From contig JBBCAX010000037.1 in the NCBI GenBank assembly GCA_051382335.1, forward strand, positions 1 to 41,928: a stretch of DNA of 41,928 nt. The letters run 5' to 3'. The first letter of the stretch is position 1; every line of letters begins with the position of its first letter. This document shows, piece after piece, positions 9,125 through 19,115 of this stretch. A model generated the notes under the pieces. That model did not search any database, had not been told where the DNA came from, and saw only the letters and a list, made by a program, of their open reading frames with translations. This stretch comes from Deltaproteobacteria bacterium TL4 (GTDB lineage Bacteria; SAR324; NAC60-12). Made by a program: the position numbers and the translations under genes.

Positions 9125-9200
9125 GGAGTGCCAAAGCTTGCTTTGGCCAAAGCCAAAGAAAAGCAATTGCCTTTCTGGCTAAAGCAAGCTTTGGCACTCC
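9125..9200. repeat. GGAG-type REP doublet (REPIN-like long inverted repeat)
   Basis: Arms 9125-9149 and 9176-9200 are reverse complements at 24/25 positions. Each arm is itself a hairpin (GCCAAAGC-TT-GCTTTGGC) preceded by GGAGT. Confidence 0.75.
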
Positions 9201-9393
9201 TGAAACAGCGTTGTTTAAACGGATCTCGCAACAGGATGCGTTTTCTGAATATATTTAATGAACATCTATCGCAAATAGGCAATCTCGTTGGAAGAGCTGG
9301 AACAAGGATTATGATTGAGAGGGGCAGCGGATAAGAACAGTGTTGCGTTATGTCTGTTGAAAAAATGATTGAACATAAAATTGAGAAATTTAG

Positions 9394-9657
9394 ATGGATG
9401 TCACTGAAGGAATTAAGATACTTGGACTTATGGCAAGTGTTGTACTTCCATTCTTCAATCTCCCTTTGATTATAAAGATCAAGAAAAGAGGCTCATCGAA
9501 AGATTTATCATTAACATGGGCCGTAGGTGTTTGGTCCTGTATCTTGCTGATGATGCCTTCCGTGGTATTGTCTTCCGATATTGTTTTTAAAGTGTTCGGT
9601 GTTTTAAATTTTATTCTATTTACCGGAGTTGCCTTTTATGTTTTGAAGTACCGTTGA
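9394..9657 (+). CDS. SemiSWEET/PQ-loop-like 3-TM small membrane protein
   Basis: 87 aa, three hydrophobic helices, pattern G..AS…LP(L)IIKI.K..SSKDLS..W…N. The canonical PQ is PL here. Confidence 0.7.
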   Translation: MDVTEGIKILGLMASVVLPFFNLPLIIKIKKRGSSKDLSLTWAVGVWSCILLMMPSVVLSSDIVFKVFGVLNFILFTGVAFYVLKYR

Positions 9658-9682
9658 AACTCTTTTGAAATTGATGTGCCAA

Positions 9683-9893
9683 ATGAGTTCATTTGTTTTG
9701 ATCGTAAAAAAGAAAGTACTTCCTTCGTTCACTTACTTTCAACCCAAAGCGTACCTTCCATAAGTGACACCAAGCGACGAGAAATCGATAATCCCAGTCC
9801 TGTGCCTCCAAATTTCAGGGCCGTGGAAACATCGATAGGTCTAAAGTCAGGGAAATCCAGATCCTACCCTGAGATTTGGAGAGGATACCTTGT
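9683..9893 (-). pseudogene. Frameshifted remnant of a histidine kinase HATPase_c domain
   Basis: Minus strand reads [11 protein letters not shown] / [37 protein letters not shown] / [12 protein letters not shown] across frameshifts (G1 remnant, F-box, G2 box, terminal strands). The 75-aa plus-strand ORF here is its antisense shadow. Confidence 0.8.
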
Positions 9894-10050
9894 TTTTTCT
9901 TAATTTTTTACTGGATTTATATTTTATTCATTGTAGATTGGCGCTGTTATTATGGATTAAACGAAACATAAGTACTCGATTATCATTATTTGTGACTTCA
10001 AAATTAAAGGTAGGGTACTTATTTCATACAGTGAGGATAGAGGTGCTAAA

Positions 10051-10440
10051 ATGAGTGATATACCTGAAGAGTTTCAATATACTCGGGAACATGAGTGGAT
10101 ACAAATAGACGGGAATAAGGCCATAATTGGAATCACGGATCATGCTCAGCGGTCATTGGGGGATATTGTCTATATCGAACTTCCTGAGATTGGTGATGAA
10201 ATCGACGCAGGGGATGAGTTTGGCAATGTTGAGTCCGTCAAGGCGGTCTCTTCCTTGTTTATGCCTGTGTCCGGAAGAGTCATTGAGGTGAACTCTGAAC
10301 TGGACAGCCAGCCAGAATTAGTCAACGATGACTGTTATGACACTTGGATCATTCGTATTGAGATTACGAATCCAGAGGATCTAAAAAGTCTGCTGGATGC
10401 CGAGGAATATGCCGAATTTCTTTTAGAGTCAGAAGACTGA
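10051..10440 (+). CDS. gcvH: Glycine cleavage system H protein
   Basis: YTREHEW, GITDHAQ..LGDIVY, lipoyl-lysine motif ESVKAVS and PVSG; GAGG RBS. Confidence 0.97.
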   Translation: MSDIPEEFQYTREHEWIQIDGNKAIIGITDHAQRSLGDIVYIELPEIGDEIDAGDEFGNVESVKAVSSLFMPVSGRVIEVNSELDSQPELVNDDCYDTWIIRIEITNPEDLKSLLDAEEYAEFLLESED

Positions 10441-10454
10441 TCCGGCTTTGTCTT

Positions 10455-10506
10455 TTACAAAGGGAGGGTTTTGAATTGAGTTACGGTCTCCCTTTGTAAC
10501 TTTTCT
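10455..10506 (+). terminator. Stem-loop with T-tract after gcvH (possible terminator or processing site)
   Basis: 12-bp perfect stem TTACAAAGGGAG (10455-10466) / CTCCCTTTGTAA (10488-10499), 21-nt loop, followed by CTTTTCT. Confidence 0.5.
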
Positions 10507-10665
10507 TGTACAGCCCTCCATCTCGTGGAACTGAGATCATCCCCTTATAACAATGTGAATCAAGGATGATTAAGCAAACAACTGCCTGCTCTTTTAAAAA
10601 CCCCTTCCCTTCAGTTTTTCCAGGGTACAGAGGCACCTGATAATTTCATTGAACCCAAGGATCTT

Positions 10666-13551
10666 ATGACTTCTCACTTCAAATACCTCAATAGTTTTAA
10701 AAGACGACATATCGGCCCTAATCCAAAGGCAACTGAAGAAATGCTAAGAACTCTCGGTTCTTCGTCTTTGGAGGAGTTAATCGCTGAAACCCTCCCTGAA
10801 CAGATCCGCTTAACAGTTCCTGTTGTATTGCCTGAACCGGTCAATGAGCAAACCTTTTTGAGCGATTTACGCAAATTAGCATCGAAAAATAAAACGTTTA
10901 ACTCTTTCATTGGGTTAGGCTATTACAACTGCGTCACCCCGCCAGTCATTCAACGCAATATCTTTGAAAACCCGGGATGGTATACTCAATATACGCCCTA
11001 TCAGGCGGAAATCTCACAAGGACGTTTAGAAGCCTTACTCAATTTTCAAACAGCCATTATGGATCTCACGAAAATGGAAATTGCCAATGCCTCACTGCTG
11101 GATGAAGGAACCTCTGCGGCTGAAGCCATGGGAATGCTCTTCCGTATCAGAAATAAGAGGATTAAAGGGGAGGTTGCCAATCAATTTCTTGTTTCGGAGT
11201 CCTGCTTTCCACAAACTATTGAGCTTATCAAAACAAGAGCGGAACCTTTGGATATCGAAGTTATTGTAGGAGATCATCAAGCCTTTGAATTCACGGCTCG
11301 GACTTTCGGCGCAATGGTTCAATACCCTGCTGAAGATGGAAATATTCACGATTATCAGGAGCTGATTCAAAGGGCGCATCATTCAAATGCGCTTGTGGTA
11401 TTCGCCTCAGATTTACTCAGTTTAACACTACTCACACCTCCCGGAGAGTTAGGAGCCGATGTCGCCATAGGTTCAACACAGCGTTTTGGCATTCCCTTGG
11501 GGTTTGGTGGACCACACGCCGCCTATTTTGCAACCCATGAAAAATTTATCAGGGAAGCGCCTGGTCGGATTATAGGTGTTTCTGTAGATCGCTATGGCCA
11601 TCCCGCGTACCGTATGGCAATTCAAACACGGGAACAGCATATCAAACGAGATAAAGCCACTTCAAATATTTGCACCGCCCAGGCCTTATTGGCAATCATG
11701 GCTGGAATGTACGCGGTTTATCATGGCCCTGAAGGTTTAAAAGCAATAGCGCAGAAAATTCATAGCCTGGCCCAATTATTAGAAACAGAGCTGAGCGCAT
11801 TGGGATATAAACAACTGAATCCTTATTATTTTGATACCCTCAAAATTCAAGGTATCGGGGATACTGAGTTAATCAAAAAAAGGGCGTTGACCGCGCAAAT
11901 GAATTTTCGCTATATTGATTCAAATACGATTGCGATCACTTTAGACGAAACCGTTTCGATAGAGATACTTAATCAAATAATCCAGGTGTTTGCTAAAGAT
12001 AAAGGACAGCAGCGCCTTCTGACCTCTGTAAGTCTGGATCCGTTGATGGAACCGAATTCATTGAAATTACCTGAACCCCTAATCCGTCGAAGCAACTATC
12101 TCTCCCATGCTGTCTTTCATTCATATCACTCCGAAAGTGAAATGATGCGTTATATTAAACGCTTGGAGAATAAGGACATTTCCCTTACTTTTTCGATGAT
12201 TTCCTTGGGTTCCTGCACGATGAAACTGAACTCTGCCACAGAAATGCTGCCTGTGACCTGGCCTGAGTTTGCTTCAATTCATCCTTTTGCTCCTTCAGAA
12301 CAAGTGGGCGGTTACCTTTCCATGATCAAGACTCTGGAAGAAAGTCTTGCTAAAATTACAGGTTTTAAAGCAACCTCGTTACAACCGAATTCTGGGGCTC
12401 AAGGGGAATATGCCGGCCTGATGGTTATCCGGGCTTATCATAAAGCTCATGGAGACAACCAGCGTAATGTCATTCTCATCCCCGCTTCTGCTCACGGAAC
12501 CAACCCCGCCAGTGCGGCAATGTCTGGTATGAACGTGATCGTTATAAAATGTGATGATAGGGGAAATATCGATGTGGAAGAATTACGGGAAAAAGCGGTC
12601 CAATTCAGGGAAAGTCTGGCTGGATTGATGGTAACGTATCCTTCAACGCATGGTGTTTTTGAAGAAGCGATCCGTGAAATATGTCAAATCATCCATGAAA
12701 ATGGAGGCTTGGTTTATATGGATGGTGCCAATATGAATGCTCAAGTAGGGCTCACCAATCCCGGAACCATCGGTGCCGATGTTTGTCATCTTAATTTGCA
12801 TAAAACCTTTGCGATTCCTCACGGTGGCGGAGGTCCAGGCGTTGGTCCGATTTGCGTCAATGAAAAACTTGCGCCCTATTTGCCTTCTCACCCTTTGGTT
12901 TCCGTAGGCGGAAAAACACCAATCTCCGCAATTTCCGCAGCGCCTTGGGGAAGTGCCGGGATCTTGATGATTGCTTACGCTTATATTCAAATGCTGGGAA
13001 TGGAAGGCCTGACCGACGCAACTCGATATGCCATCCTGAATGCCAATTACCTTAAATCCCGCTTGGAAAATCACTACGACCTTTTATATGTGGGGAAGCG
13101 AGGACGTGTTGCTCATGAAATGATTCTGGACACCCGCCCTTTTGAAAAAACAGCAGGCATCAAAGTTGAAGATATTGCAAAACGCTTGATGGACTATGGC
13201 TTTCATGCGCCGACCATCTCGTTTCCGGTTCCCGGAACCATGATGATCGAACCTACCGAAAGTGAATCAAAAGAAGAATTAGATCGCTTTTGTGAGGCGA
13301 TGATTGCCATTCGTGAAGAAATACGGGAGTTGGAAGAAAAGAAAGCGGATTCTGAAGATAACGTGCTAATAAACGCACCGCACACCGCTGAAGAAATTGC
13401 TTCTGATTCTTGGAGTCATCCTTATTCACGGGAAAAAGCAGTGTATCCTTTGCCCTTTGTGAGAGCTCATAAATTTTGGGTCAGTGTTGGTCGAATCAAC
13501 AATAGTTACGGAGATCGAAATCTAATTTGCTCTTGTCCGCCTGTTGCGTAA
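10666..13551 (+). CDS. gcvP: Glycine dehydrogenase (decarboxylating), single-chain P protein
   Basis: YTPYQAEISQGRLE, TREQHIKRDKATSNICTAQ, LGSCTMK, PLP lysine motif HLNLHKTF, PHGGGGPG and C-terminal GDRNLICSC. Confidence 0.98.
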   Translation: MTSHFKYLNSFKRRHIGPNPKATEEMLRTLGSSSLEELIAETLPEQIRLTVPVVLPEPVNEQTFLSDLRKLASKNKTFNSFIGLGYYNCVTPPVIQRNIFENPGWYTQYTPYQAEISQGRLEALLNFQTAIMDLTKMEIANASLLDEGTSAAEAMGMLFRIRNKRIKGEVANQFLVSESCFPQTIELIKTRAEPLDIEVIVGDHQAFEFTARTFGAMVQYPAEDGNIHDYQELIQRAHHSNALVVFASDLLSLTLLTPPGELGADVAIGSTQRFGIPLGFGGPHAAYFATHEKFIREAPGRIIGVSVDRYGHPAYRMAIQTREQHIKRDKATSNICTAQALLAIMAGMYAVYHGPEGLKAIAQKIHSLAQLLETELSALGYKQLNPYYFDTLKIQGIGDTELIKKRALTAQMNFRYIDSNTIAITLDETVSIEILNQIIQVFAKDKGQQRLLTSVSLDPLMEPNSLKLPEPLIRRSNYLSHAVFHSYHSESEMMRYIKRLENKDISLTFSMISLGSCTMKLNSATEMLPVTWPEFASIHPFAPSEQVGGYLSMIKTLEESLAKITGFKATSLQPNSGAQGEYAGLMVIRAYHKAHGDNQRNVILIPASAHGTNPASAAMSGMNVIVIKCDDRGNIDVEELREKAVQFRESLAGLMVTYPSTHGVFEEAIREICQIIHENGGLVYMDGANMNAQVGLTNPGTIGADVCHLNLHKTFAIPHGGGGPGVGPICVNEKLAPYLPSHPLVSVGGKTPISAISAAPWGSAGILMIAYAYIQMLGMEGLTDATRYAILNANYLKSRLENHYDLLYVGKRGRVAHEMILDTRPFEKTAGIKVEDIAKRLMDYGFHAPTISFPVPGTMMIEPTESESKEELDRFCEAMIAIREEIRELEEKKADSEDNVLINAPHTAEEIASDSWSHPYSREKAVYPLPFVRAHKFWVSVGRINNSYGDRNLICSCPPVA

Positions 13552-13614
13552 TAACACGGCTCAAAGTGGGTCGCAATTACGAATCCAATGCGCCAAAAAT
13601 GAGGAGGGCAGCGA

Positions 13615-13899
13615 TTATCGGCAACGATAGGTTCCTGGGGGAAGCTGGATATCGTTGTTGAGGGGAAAACTGTAAGAGCGATCATTATTAAAAAAAACAG
13701 TCACCTGATTTTCAGAAATCGTGAGGACTTCGGCGAGTGATTGTCGCCAAGATTTGTTTAAACTATGTTCTGCTCCAAAAACAGTGGTACAATAATACCT
13801 GATGCCTTCATGGAACGGAGAAGGGTATAGGTACGATTGTTCACACCCTGTTATGGTGATGAGCATCCCCATCAAAAACCCCCATGTGATCCGTCTCAT
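13615..13899 (-). CDS. Small lipoprotein, unknown function
   Basis: MRR, hydrophobic core and lipobox ITGC; two further Cys that could form a disulfide. Confidence 0.6.
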   Translation of the reverse strand: MRRITWGFLMGMLITITGCEQSYLYPSPFHEGIRYYCTTVFGAEHSLNKSWRQSLAEVLTISENQVTVFFNNDRSYSFPLNNDIQLPPGTYRCR

Positions 13900-14058
13900 G
13901 ATTTAGGCCTGACCTAGTAATTATAAATCTTAATTGAATGAGGAACCTCTTCGAAGTATATCTCATAATACAAGACGTCAGAAGTTACAAATCATGAGAC
14001 ACATTTTTATTTTCAAAAATTCAATCATCCTTGAATTCCGTCAGGCCAAACCGGTAAT

Positions 14059-15159
14059 ATGAAAATAGTTCAGTTTTCCACACAAAAGGTTCAAACGTTG
14101 GAGACGTTGATTCAACGTCACTTGGACGCAAATGTTTTTCCAGGCATTGAAATTTTATTTGCCCTGGGTCAGGATGTTTTGCTTCATCGAGCATGGGGGC
14201 ATTTGGAAACAGGAGATCAAGCACCGCCGCTTACTTTAAACACTCTTTTTGATATTGCCTCCCTCACCAAACCCATTGCGACGGCGACGGCAATGATGCT
14301 GCTACAGGAACAAGGCTTGCTTGATTTTGAGGAAAAAGTTTGTCGTTTTTTACCGGAACTGAACGCTTCCCCTAAAAATCAAATTTCCATTAAGGCACTG
14401 CTCACCCACACCTCGGGACTTCCTGACTGGGAAAATCTCTATGAAAACAATAAAAATAAAGACGAGGCGTGGAAACAATTAGTGAATATACCCTTGCGAC
14501 ATGCTCCTGGCACTCAAACGATTTACAGTTGTTTGGGGTATCTGTTGTTGGGTGAAATTATCCGCAGAGTCTCTCATCAAAGCTTGACCGAGTTTTTTCA
14601 AGCTCACATTGCTGGTCCTCTCAATCTGAAACATACCCTGTTTTCACCCTTGCGGCAAACAAAGCCCCTACCTCCGATTGCACCAACTCAATACTGCCCT
14701 TATCGGAAATGTTTGCTGAGAGGAAGGGTTCATGATGAGAACTCCTATATTTTCAATGAAGAAGGCGGAAATGCGGGTTTGTTTTCTACGGCAGAAGATC
14801 TTCATCGATATTGTTTAATGGTTTTAAACGAGGGAGAACTTGAAGGCAATCGTTTGCTTTCCCCTTTATCAATTCGAGCAATGCTGCATAATCACAACAC
14901 ACCCCCTTTACTACCAAGAGGTCTGGGTTGGGATTTCAAAGAAAGGGGATTTGGCTATTGGAGTTGTGGAGATCTTGCTCCCTCAGGAACAGTGGGGCAC
15001 ACAGGATTTACCGGAACTTCTCTTTGGATGCATCCCCGTTTAAAAACGGTGATGATCGTTCTGAGTAACCGTGTTCATATTTCACGTGAAAATCAACTGG
15101 AAACCATGCGCCTTTTTCGAGCCAGGCTGCATAACCTTTTATTTTCACAAGTAACCTGA
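14059..15159 (+). CDS. Serine hydrolase, beta-lactamase class C/AmiE-like family
   Basis: FDIASLTK (SxxK), LLTHTSGL, YSC (YxN position), G.VHDEN, GNAGLFS and GHTGFTGTS; no signal peptide. Confidence 0.9.
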   Translation: MKIVQFSTQKVQTLETLIQRHLDANVFPGIEILFALGQDVLLHRAWGHLETGDQAPPLTLNTLFDIASLTKPIATATAMMLLQEQGLLDFEEKVCRFLPELNASPKNQISIKALLTHTSGLPDWENLYENNKNKDEAWKQLVNIPLRHAPGTQTIYSCLGYLLLGEIIRRVSHQSLTEFFQAHIAGPLNLKHTLFSPLRQTKPLPPIAPTQYCPYRKCLLRGRVHDENSYIFNEEGGNAGLFSTAEDLHRYCLMVLNEGELEGNRLLSPLSIRAMLHNHNTPPLLPRGLGWDFKERGFGYWSCGDLAPSGTVGHTGFTGTSLWMHPRLKTVMIVLSNRVHISRENQLETMRLFRARLHNLLFSQVT

Positions 15160-15229
15160 ACTTGGCGCTCCCCCGCCTCTCTTTGGGACCTAACCAGAAA
15201 TTGTGGATTTAAATAACGCAAAGTACTTT

Positions 15230-17167
15230 TTAAAATTGAAACTCCTTCAACTCTTCTAACAAGAGATGTGAAAATTCTGAATTTTTTCTGGAAACCTGAA
15301 CTTGCCCCTTAATCTCAACATCAATTTTTTCAGCGGAAGCTTCAACTCTCGAACTGGTTTCAGCAAGTTCGTCCATGGAATGGGAAATTTCATTAAGCGC
15401 TGAAGTCTGTTCTGCCGTCGCGGTTGTGATATGTGTTACTAATACGGCTGTTTCCGCAATTTTTTCGCTGATGGCTTGTAAACGCTGATGTACCATCGTT
15501 ACCGCTTCCTGCCCCTTGCCCACTCGTTGTCCTGTGTCTTGAATAATTTCCTGAATCTCGCTAGTCACCTTGGCTGAATTTTCTGCCAATCGACGAACTT
15601 CATCGGCAACCACCGCAAAGCCTTTTCCTTGTTCACCTGCTTTTGCCGCCTCAATGGCCGCATTTAAAGACAATAAATTGGTTTGATTGGCAATTTCAGA
15701 AATAGAAGAAACGAAATTTGTAATCTGAAACGTCCCATCATGAATACTTTGCATACTTTCCTGCATCTGCTTGACGGCTTTGACGCCTTCTTTACTTTCG
15801 TCATCAGCTTCTTGCCCTAACGTATCCGCGTCTTGAGCGTACTTGGCCGTCATGGCTACTCCACTTTGTATTTCCCGAACAGCAGAGGATGTTTCTTCAA
15901 TTGCGGCAGCTTGAGTCACAGCCATTTCAGACAATTGATGAACGGTTTCCGAAACACCACCTATGGATTGGGATAATCTTTCATTTTCCCCGTTAATATC
16001 GGTGGAGGACTTGGAAATATCTCTCATCATACTGGCTAAATGTTCCACTAATCCGTTAAAAACACGTCCCAACCTTCCCATTTCATCTTTAGAAAGAATT
16101 TTTATCCGCTTTGTGAAATTCCCCTGAGCAATTTCTTCGATATTTTGAATCAAGAGATCGACGGGTTTGGTTATAGATCGTTCAATAAGGTATCCAAACA
16201 ATGCCGTAATCAAAAGTGCAATTCCACCTAAAATGACTAAAAGACGAACATGATTGGACTGGTATGCATGAATGGCTGAAGACAGTTGACTGGAACGTTC
16301 ATTACTGCCTTTTCCGATTTCTTCAATGAGGGGCTCAAACTCTGCCATTTTTTCATCAAAAGCCGTTATTTTCTGAAAAATTTGCTTATTGAGAGACACC
16401 AATCGATTGAACTGCGTAAGTCCATTTTCCAAAAGAGACGCGACCTCTTGTTTTACGTTGGGCTCTAACTCTGAAAAACCCAATTGTTCCTTCAGTTCAG
16501 TAACCTTATTGCCAGTTAATGTCACCAGCTCTTCTCCTCCACGCAAAAGGTAATCCTTTTCATAATGGCTTATCATGAACAACATCAGCATCAAACGGTC
16601 CTGGTGTCTCGCCAGGAGAATTGACTCAATGTCCTGCATGTTTTTCCGCAACGCGCCCTGAAGGCCTTGATCGCTACTTAAACCCAGTTGTTGTTTCAGG
16701 CGAACGACTTCTTTAAACTCAGCTTTATAGTCGTCGAGACCTTGCTTCATTTTATCAATTTTCCCCCTCAACGCACTGTCAATATCTCCTTCAGAAGCAC
16801 TCTCTAAATATCCCACGCTCTTCTCAACCAAAGCAAACACTTGTTCTACTAACTTCATGTCAGTATTCAAGAAGAAGGCTTTCTCACGCTGACGGCTTTT
16901 TAGCATTGCAGCCTCGGCTTCCAGGATTTCAGCCTGAACAGCGTCAACTGCTTGAATTTCTTTGCTGTTGATTGAAAAGGTATTGGCACCAGAAATGGCT
17001 AACCCGATTATGATTACAATCGTAATCATGAACAACATAATCATGGCTGTTATCTTTTTACCCATCGTAAGGGTGGTCAGCTGTTGTATCCTCTGACTTA
17101 GCTTGATCTTGGTCGCAGGAGATGCGTCGTCACTATAACTTTCCTCTTCACTCATCTTTTTTCCCAT
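15230..17167 (-). CDS. Methyl-accepting chemotaxis protein (2 TM, large helical periplasmic sensor, HAMP, signalling domain)
   Basis: IANQTNLLSLNAAIEAAKAGEQGKGFAVVADEVRRLAE hairpin and DEMGRL HAMP. The periplasmic region has duplicated R..EK.F/YEKDYL helices (HBM-like). Confidence 0.95.
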   Translation of the reverse strand: MGKKMSEEESYSDDASPATKIKLSQRIQQLTTLTMGKKITAMIMLFMITIVIIIGLAISGANTFSINSKEIQAVDAVQAEILEAEAAMLKSRQREKAFFLNTDMKLVEQVFALVEKSVGYLESASEGDIDSALRGKIDKMKQGLDDYKAEFKEVVRLKQQLGLSSDQGLQGALRKNMQDIESILLARHQDRLMLMLFMISHYEKDYLLRGGEELVTLTGNKVTELKEQLGFSELEPNVKQEVASLLENGLTQFNRLVSLNKQIFQKITAFDEKMAEFEPLIEEIGKGSNERSSQLSSAIHAYQSNHVRLLVILGGIALLITALFGYLIERSITKPVDLLIQNIEEIAQGNFTKRIKILSKDEMGRLGRVFNGLVEHLASMMRDISKSSTDINGENERLSQSIGGVSETVHQLSEMAVTQAAAIEETSSAVREIQSGVAMTAKYAQDADTLGQEADDESKEGVKAVKQMQESMQSIHDGTFQITNFVSSISEIANQTNLLSLNAAIEAAKAGEQGKGFAVVADEVRRLAENSAKVTSEIQEIIQDTGQRVGKGQEAVTMVHQRLQAISEKIAETAVLVTHITTATAEQTSALNEISHSMDELAETSSRVEASAEKIDVEIKGQVQVSRKNSEFSHLLLEELKEFQF

Positions 17168-17300
17168 GCTAAATAATTGAGTTTACAAGAATATCTTGCA
17201 TCGTCTGAAACATAAAAACAATCACTTCTCTCATGCGAAAGGTTAAGCTTTCAATACGCAAAAAGAAGGTTTGTCACTAAGGGCTTACGCCCATCCTGGT

Positions 17301-18575
17301 TCACAAAAGGGAAACATGACGTTGTGGTATTGATTTTATTGCGCGAGTTGCATAACGGATCAAGTTCGACTTTCCACATTGATCATCGCCATTGTATTGA
17401 TTAGAAATATAGGAATACACCATTTCTGAAACCCTTCTCATCAATCGACTTTTTCGAACAGCCCAACGTCTTCCATTGCCTAGAATGGCTGTGTGTTCCG
17501 GACGTTCAATAATGCTGACGATAGAATAAGCCCGCCTCCCTTGAGGGGTATCAATTTCTATGATTCCCGCATCACCATTCAACCCTTTGACAAAGCCAGT
17601 TTTATCCCACACTTTTACCGTCTTGTTTTTGGAAAAACAGGTTCCATCTTTCAAACGATCCTTGGTCCTCGCAGTACTTGCCAGCCCAAGGTAATACAGC
17701 ATATTTTCAGCTGCGGCCTGATTATCAATGACCGGGTAGTCTCTGCCTAACAGGATCTGCTGACTCCATATTGCAGTAAACAGGCGATTGAGATCTTGAG
17801 CCGATATTTTATTCAAATAGGTTTTTCCGCCTCTGGGAATATATTCCACAAGCTCCAGCTCTTTATAAATTCCTGTTTCGCTCAAAATTGAGGCCACCTG
17901 AGAAGGCCCACCCAATAACTCCAGAATCCGATTCGTTGTGAAATTGCTGCTAAAACGAATCATCGCGGTCAACAGACGATGTTGGTCTGGAGTGTGCTCA
18001 ATCTTTCCCTGAAACCGTTGAAGCATGTAAGCATGGAGAATCGGAACCTTAATCAAACTGGCGGCTTTAACATGCTTCCTTGCATTGATCGAAACTAAAT
18101 ATTTTTGTGTCTGTAAATCTTGCACAATCAAAGACAGCACATCTTGGGAATCCATCAACTTTTGCGCACGAGCTTCTTCCGTATAAAAATAAATCGCACC
18201 TTCTAAAAGAGAGTTATAGCGTTCCTGAAAAGAAGGTGGTTGCTTCAATTCCAAATGCTGCGGTTGATAAATCTTGACCAGTTTTCCGACAACCCAGCCC
18301 TTGGTTCCATTTTGAAGACTGACATGAATCCACCCTCTCTTATTTTTATTCAGAGAATAAAGGTGCATTCCTTGAGGTAAGATACTGATAATTCGATGGT
18401 TTGAGCCAGGCCCCGTTCTCAACTTCAAACTTCGAGAATTAACAATAGCATAAGTTGTCAGCTCTTCAGACGTTTTTGTGGTGGCATTTAAAGATGGAAT
18501 CCAGGCAAGGTTGAGCAGACCGATGTAGATTAAAAAAAATAGAACTTTAGGTCTTTTAAAAAAAAGTTTCATCAT
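17301..18575 (-). CDS. SH3b domain plus class A beta-lactamase-like serine hydrolase (putative peptidoglycan peptidase)
   Basis: Signal peptide; LKLRTGPG…W..V…G.KGWV SH3b; AASLIK (SxxK), SSN (SxN) and DKTG triad. Confidence 0.85.
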   Translation of the reverse strand: MMKLFFKRPKVLFFLIYIGLLNLAWIPSLNATTKTSEELTTYAIVNSRSLKLRTGPGSNHRIISILPQGMHLYSLNKNKRGWIHVSLQNGTKGWVVGKLVKIYQPQHLELKQPPSFQERYNSLLEGAIYFYTEEARAQKLMDSQDVLSLIVQDLQTQKYLVSINARKHVKAASLIKVPILHAYMLQRFQGKIEHTPDQHRLLTAMIRFSSNFTTNRILELLGGPSQVASILSETGIYKELELVEYIPRGGKTYLNKISAQDLNRLFTAIWSQQILLGRDYPVIDNQAAAENMLYYLGLASTARTKDRLKDGTCFSKNKTVKVWDKTGFVKGLNGDAGIIEIDTPQGRRAYSIVSIIERPEHTAILGNGRRWAVRKSRLMRRVSEMVYSYISNQYNGDDQCGKSNLIRYATRAIKSIPQRHVSLL

Positions 18576-19115
18576 AATGAGACTACTAGGGGCTTAAGTT
18601 AAGGTGAAAGGGGAACGCTCTTTGTATTAGGGATTACAGATATTCAAAAATCTGAAGACATAACGTTGAAGTTACTCAAACGAACGCCTGCCACATCACT
18701 GGAGCAGACAAAACCGTCACTGAATCCATGAATCGGAAGTTTGCATTTGTTGTACCACCTACTATGTTCATAGTATCCTGTCTTCCCCAAAGTCAATGAT
18801 TTTGATTGCGAAAGAAGAAATGATCTTGGGAAGACTTTCTTAAATTAAAGGCAACCACAAAAAGGATCTTTTATTTTTTATATAAAGAGAGTAAAAGAAT
18901 CAGCAGGTTAAGTGATTTAATTAAAAATTTCAAGATAGTTACTGACGATACCTTAAATTTTTTATTGTCATTTTCCTCATAATTGCAGTAGAAACTGAAA
19001 GTATCCGGGAGGAACTGCTAAAATAGTTCGAATTTTTATTGATAAACGGTTAGAACTTCTGGTACATCGTTCAATATCTTCAAGTTCCCTAACTCAAGGA
19101 CAGGAAATTCCAAAG

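Noticed and set aside
8870..9334. Short ORFs of 68-72 aa on both strands
   Set aside because: No family motifs or convincing RBS; one is simply a translation of the REP palindrome.
9676..9903. 75-aa plus-strand ORF
   Set aside because: Antisense shadow of the kinase remnant (PSPVPPN is the reverse reading of FGGTGLG).
10441..10665. Glycine riboswitch upstream of gcvP
   Set aside because: The GGAGA, CCGAAG and CTCTCAGG core motifs are not found; there is only a weak CCAGGGTACAGAG resemblance.
14059..18575. Antibiotic resistance beta-lactamases
   Set aside because: The motif context, the SH3b fusion and the cytoplasmic location of one enzyme fit housekeeping cell-wall hydrolases better; no mobile context.
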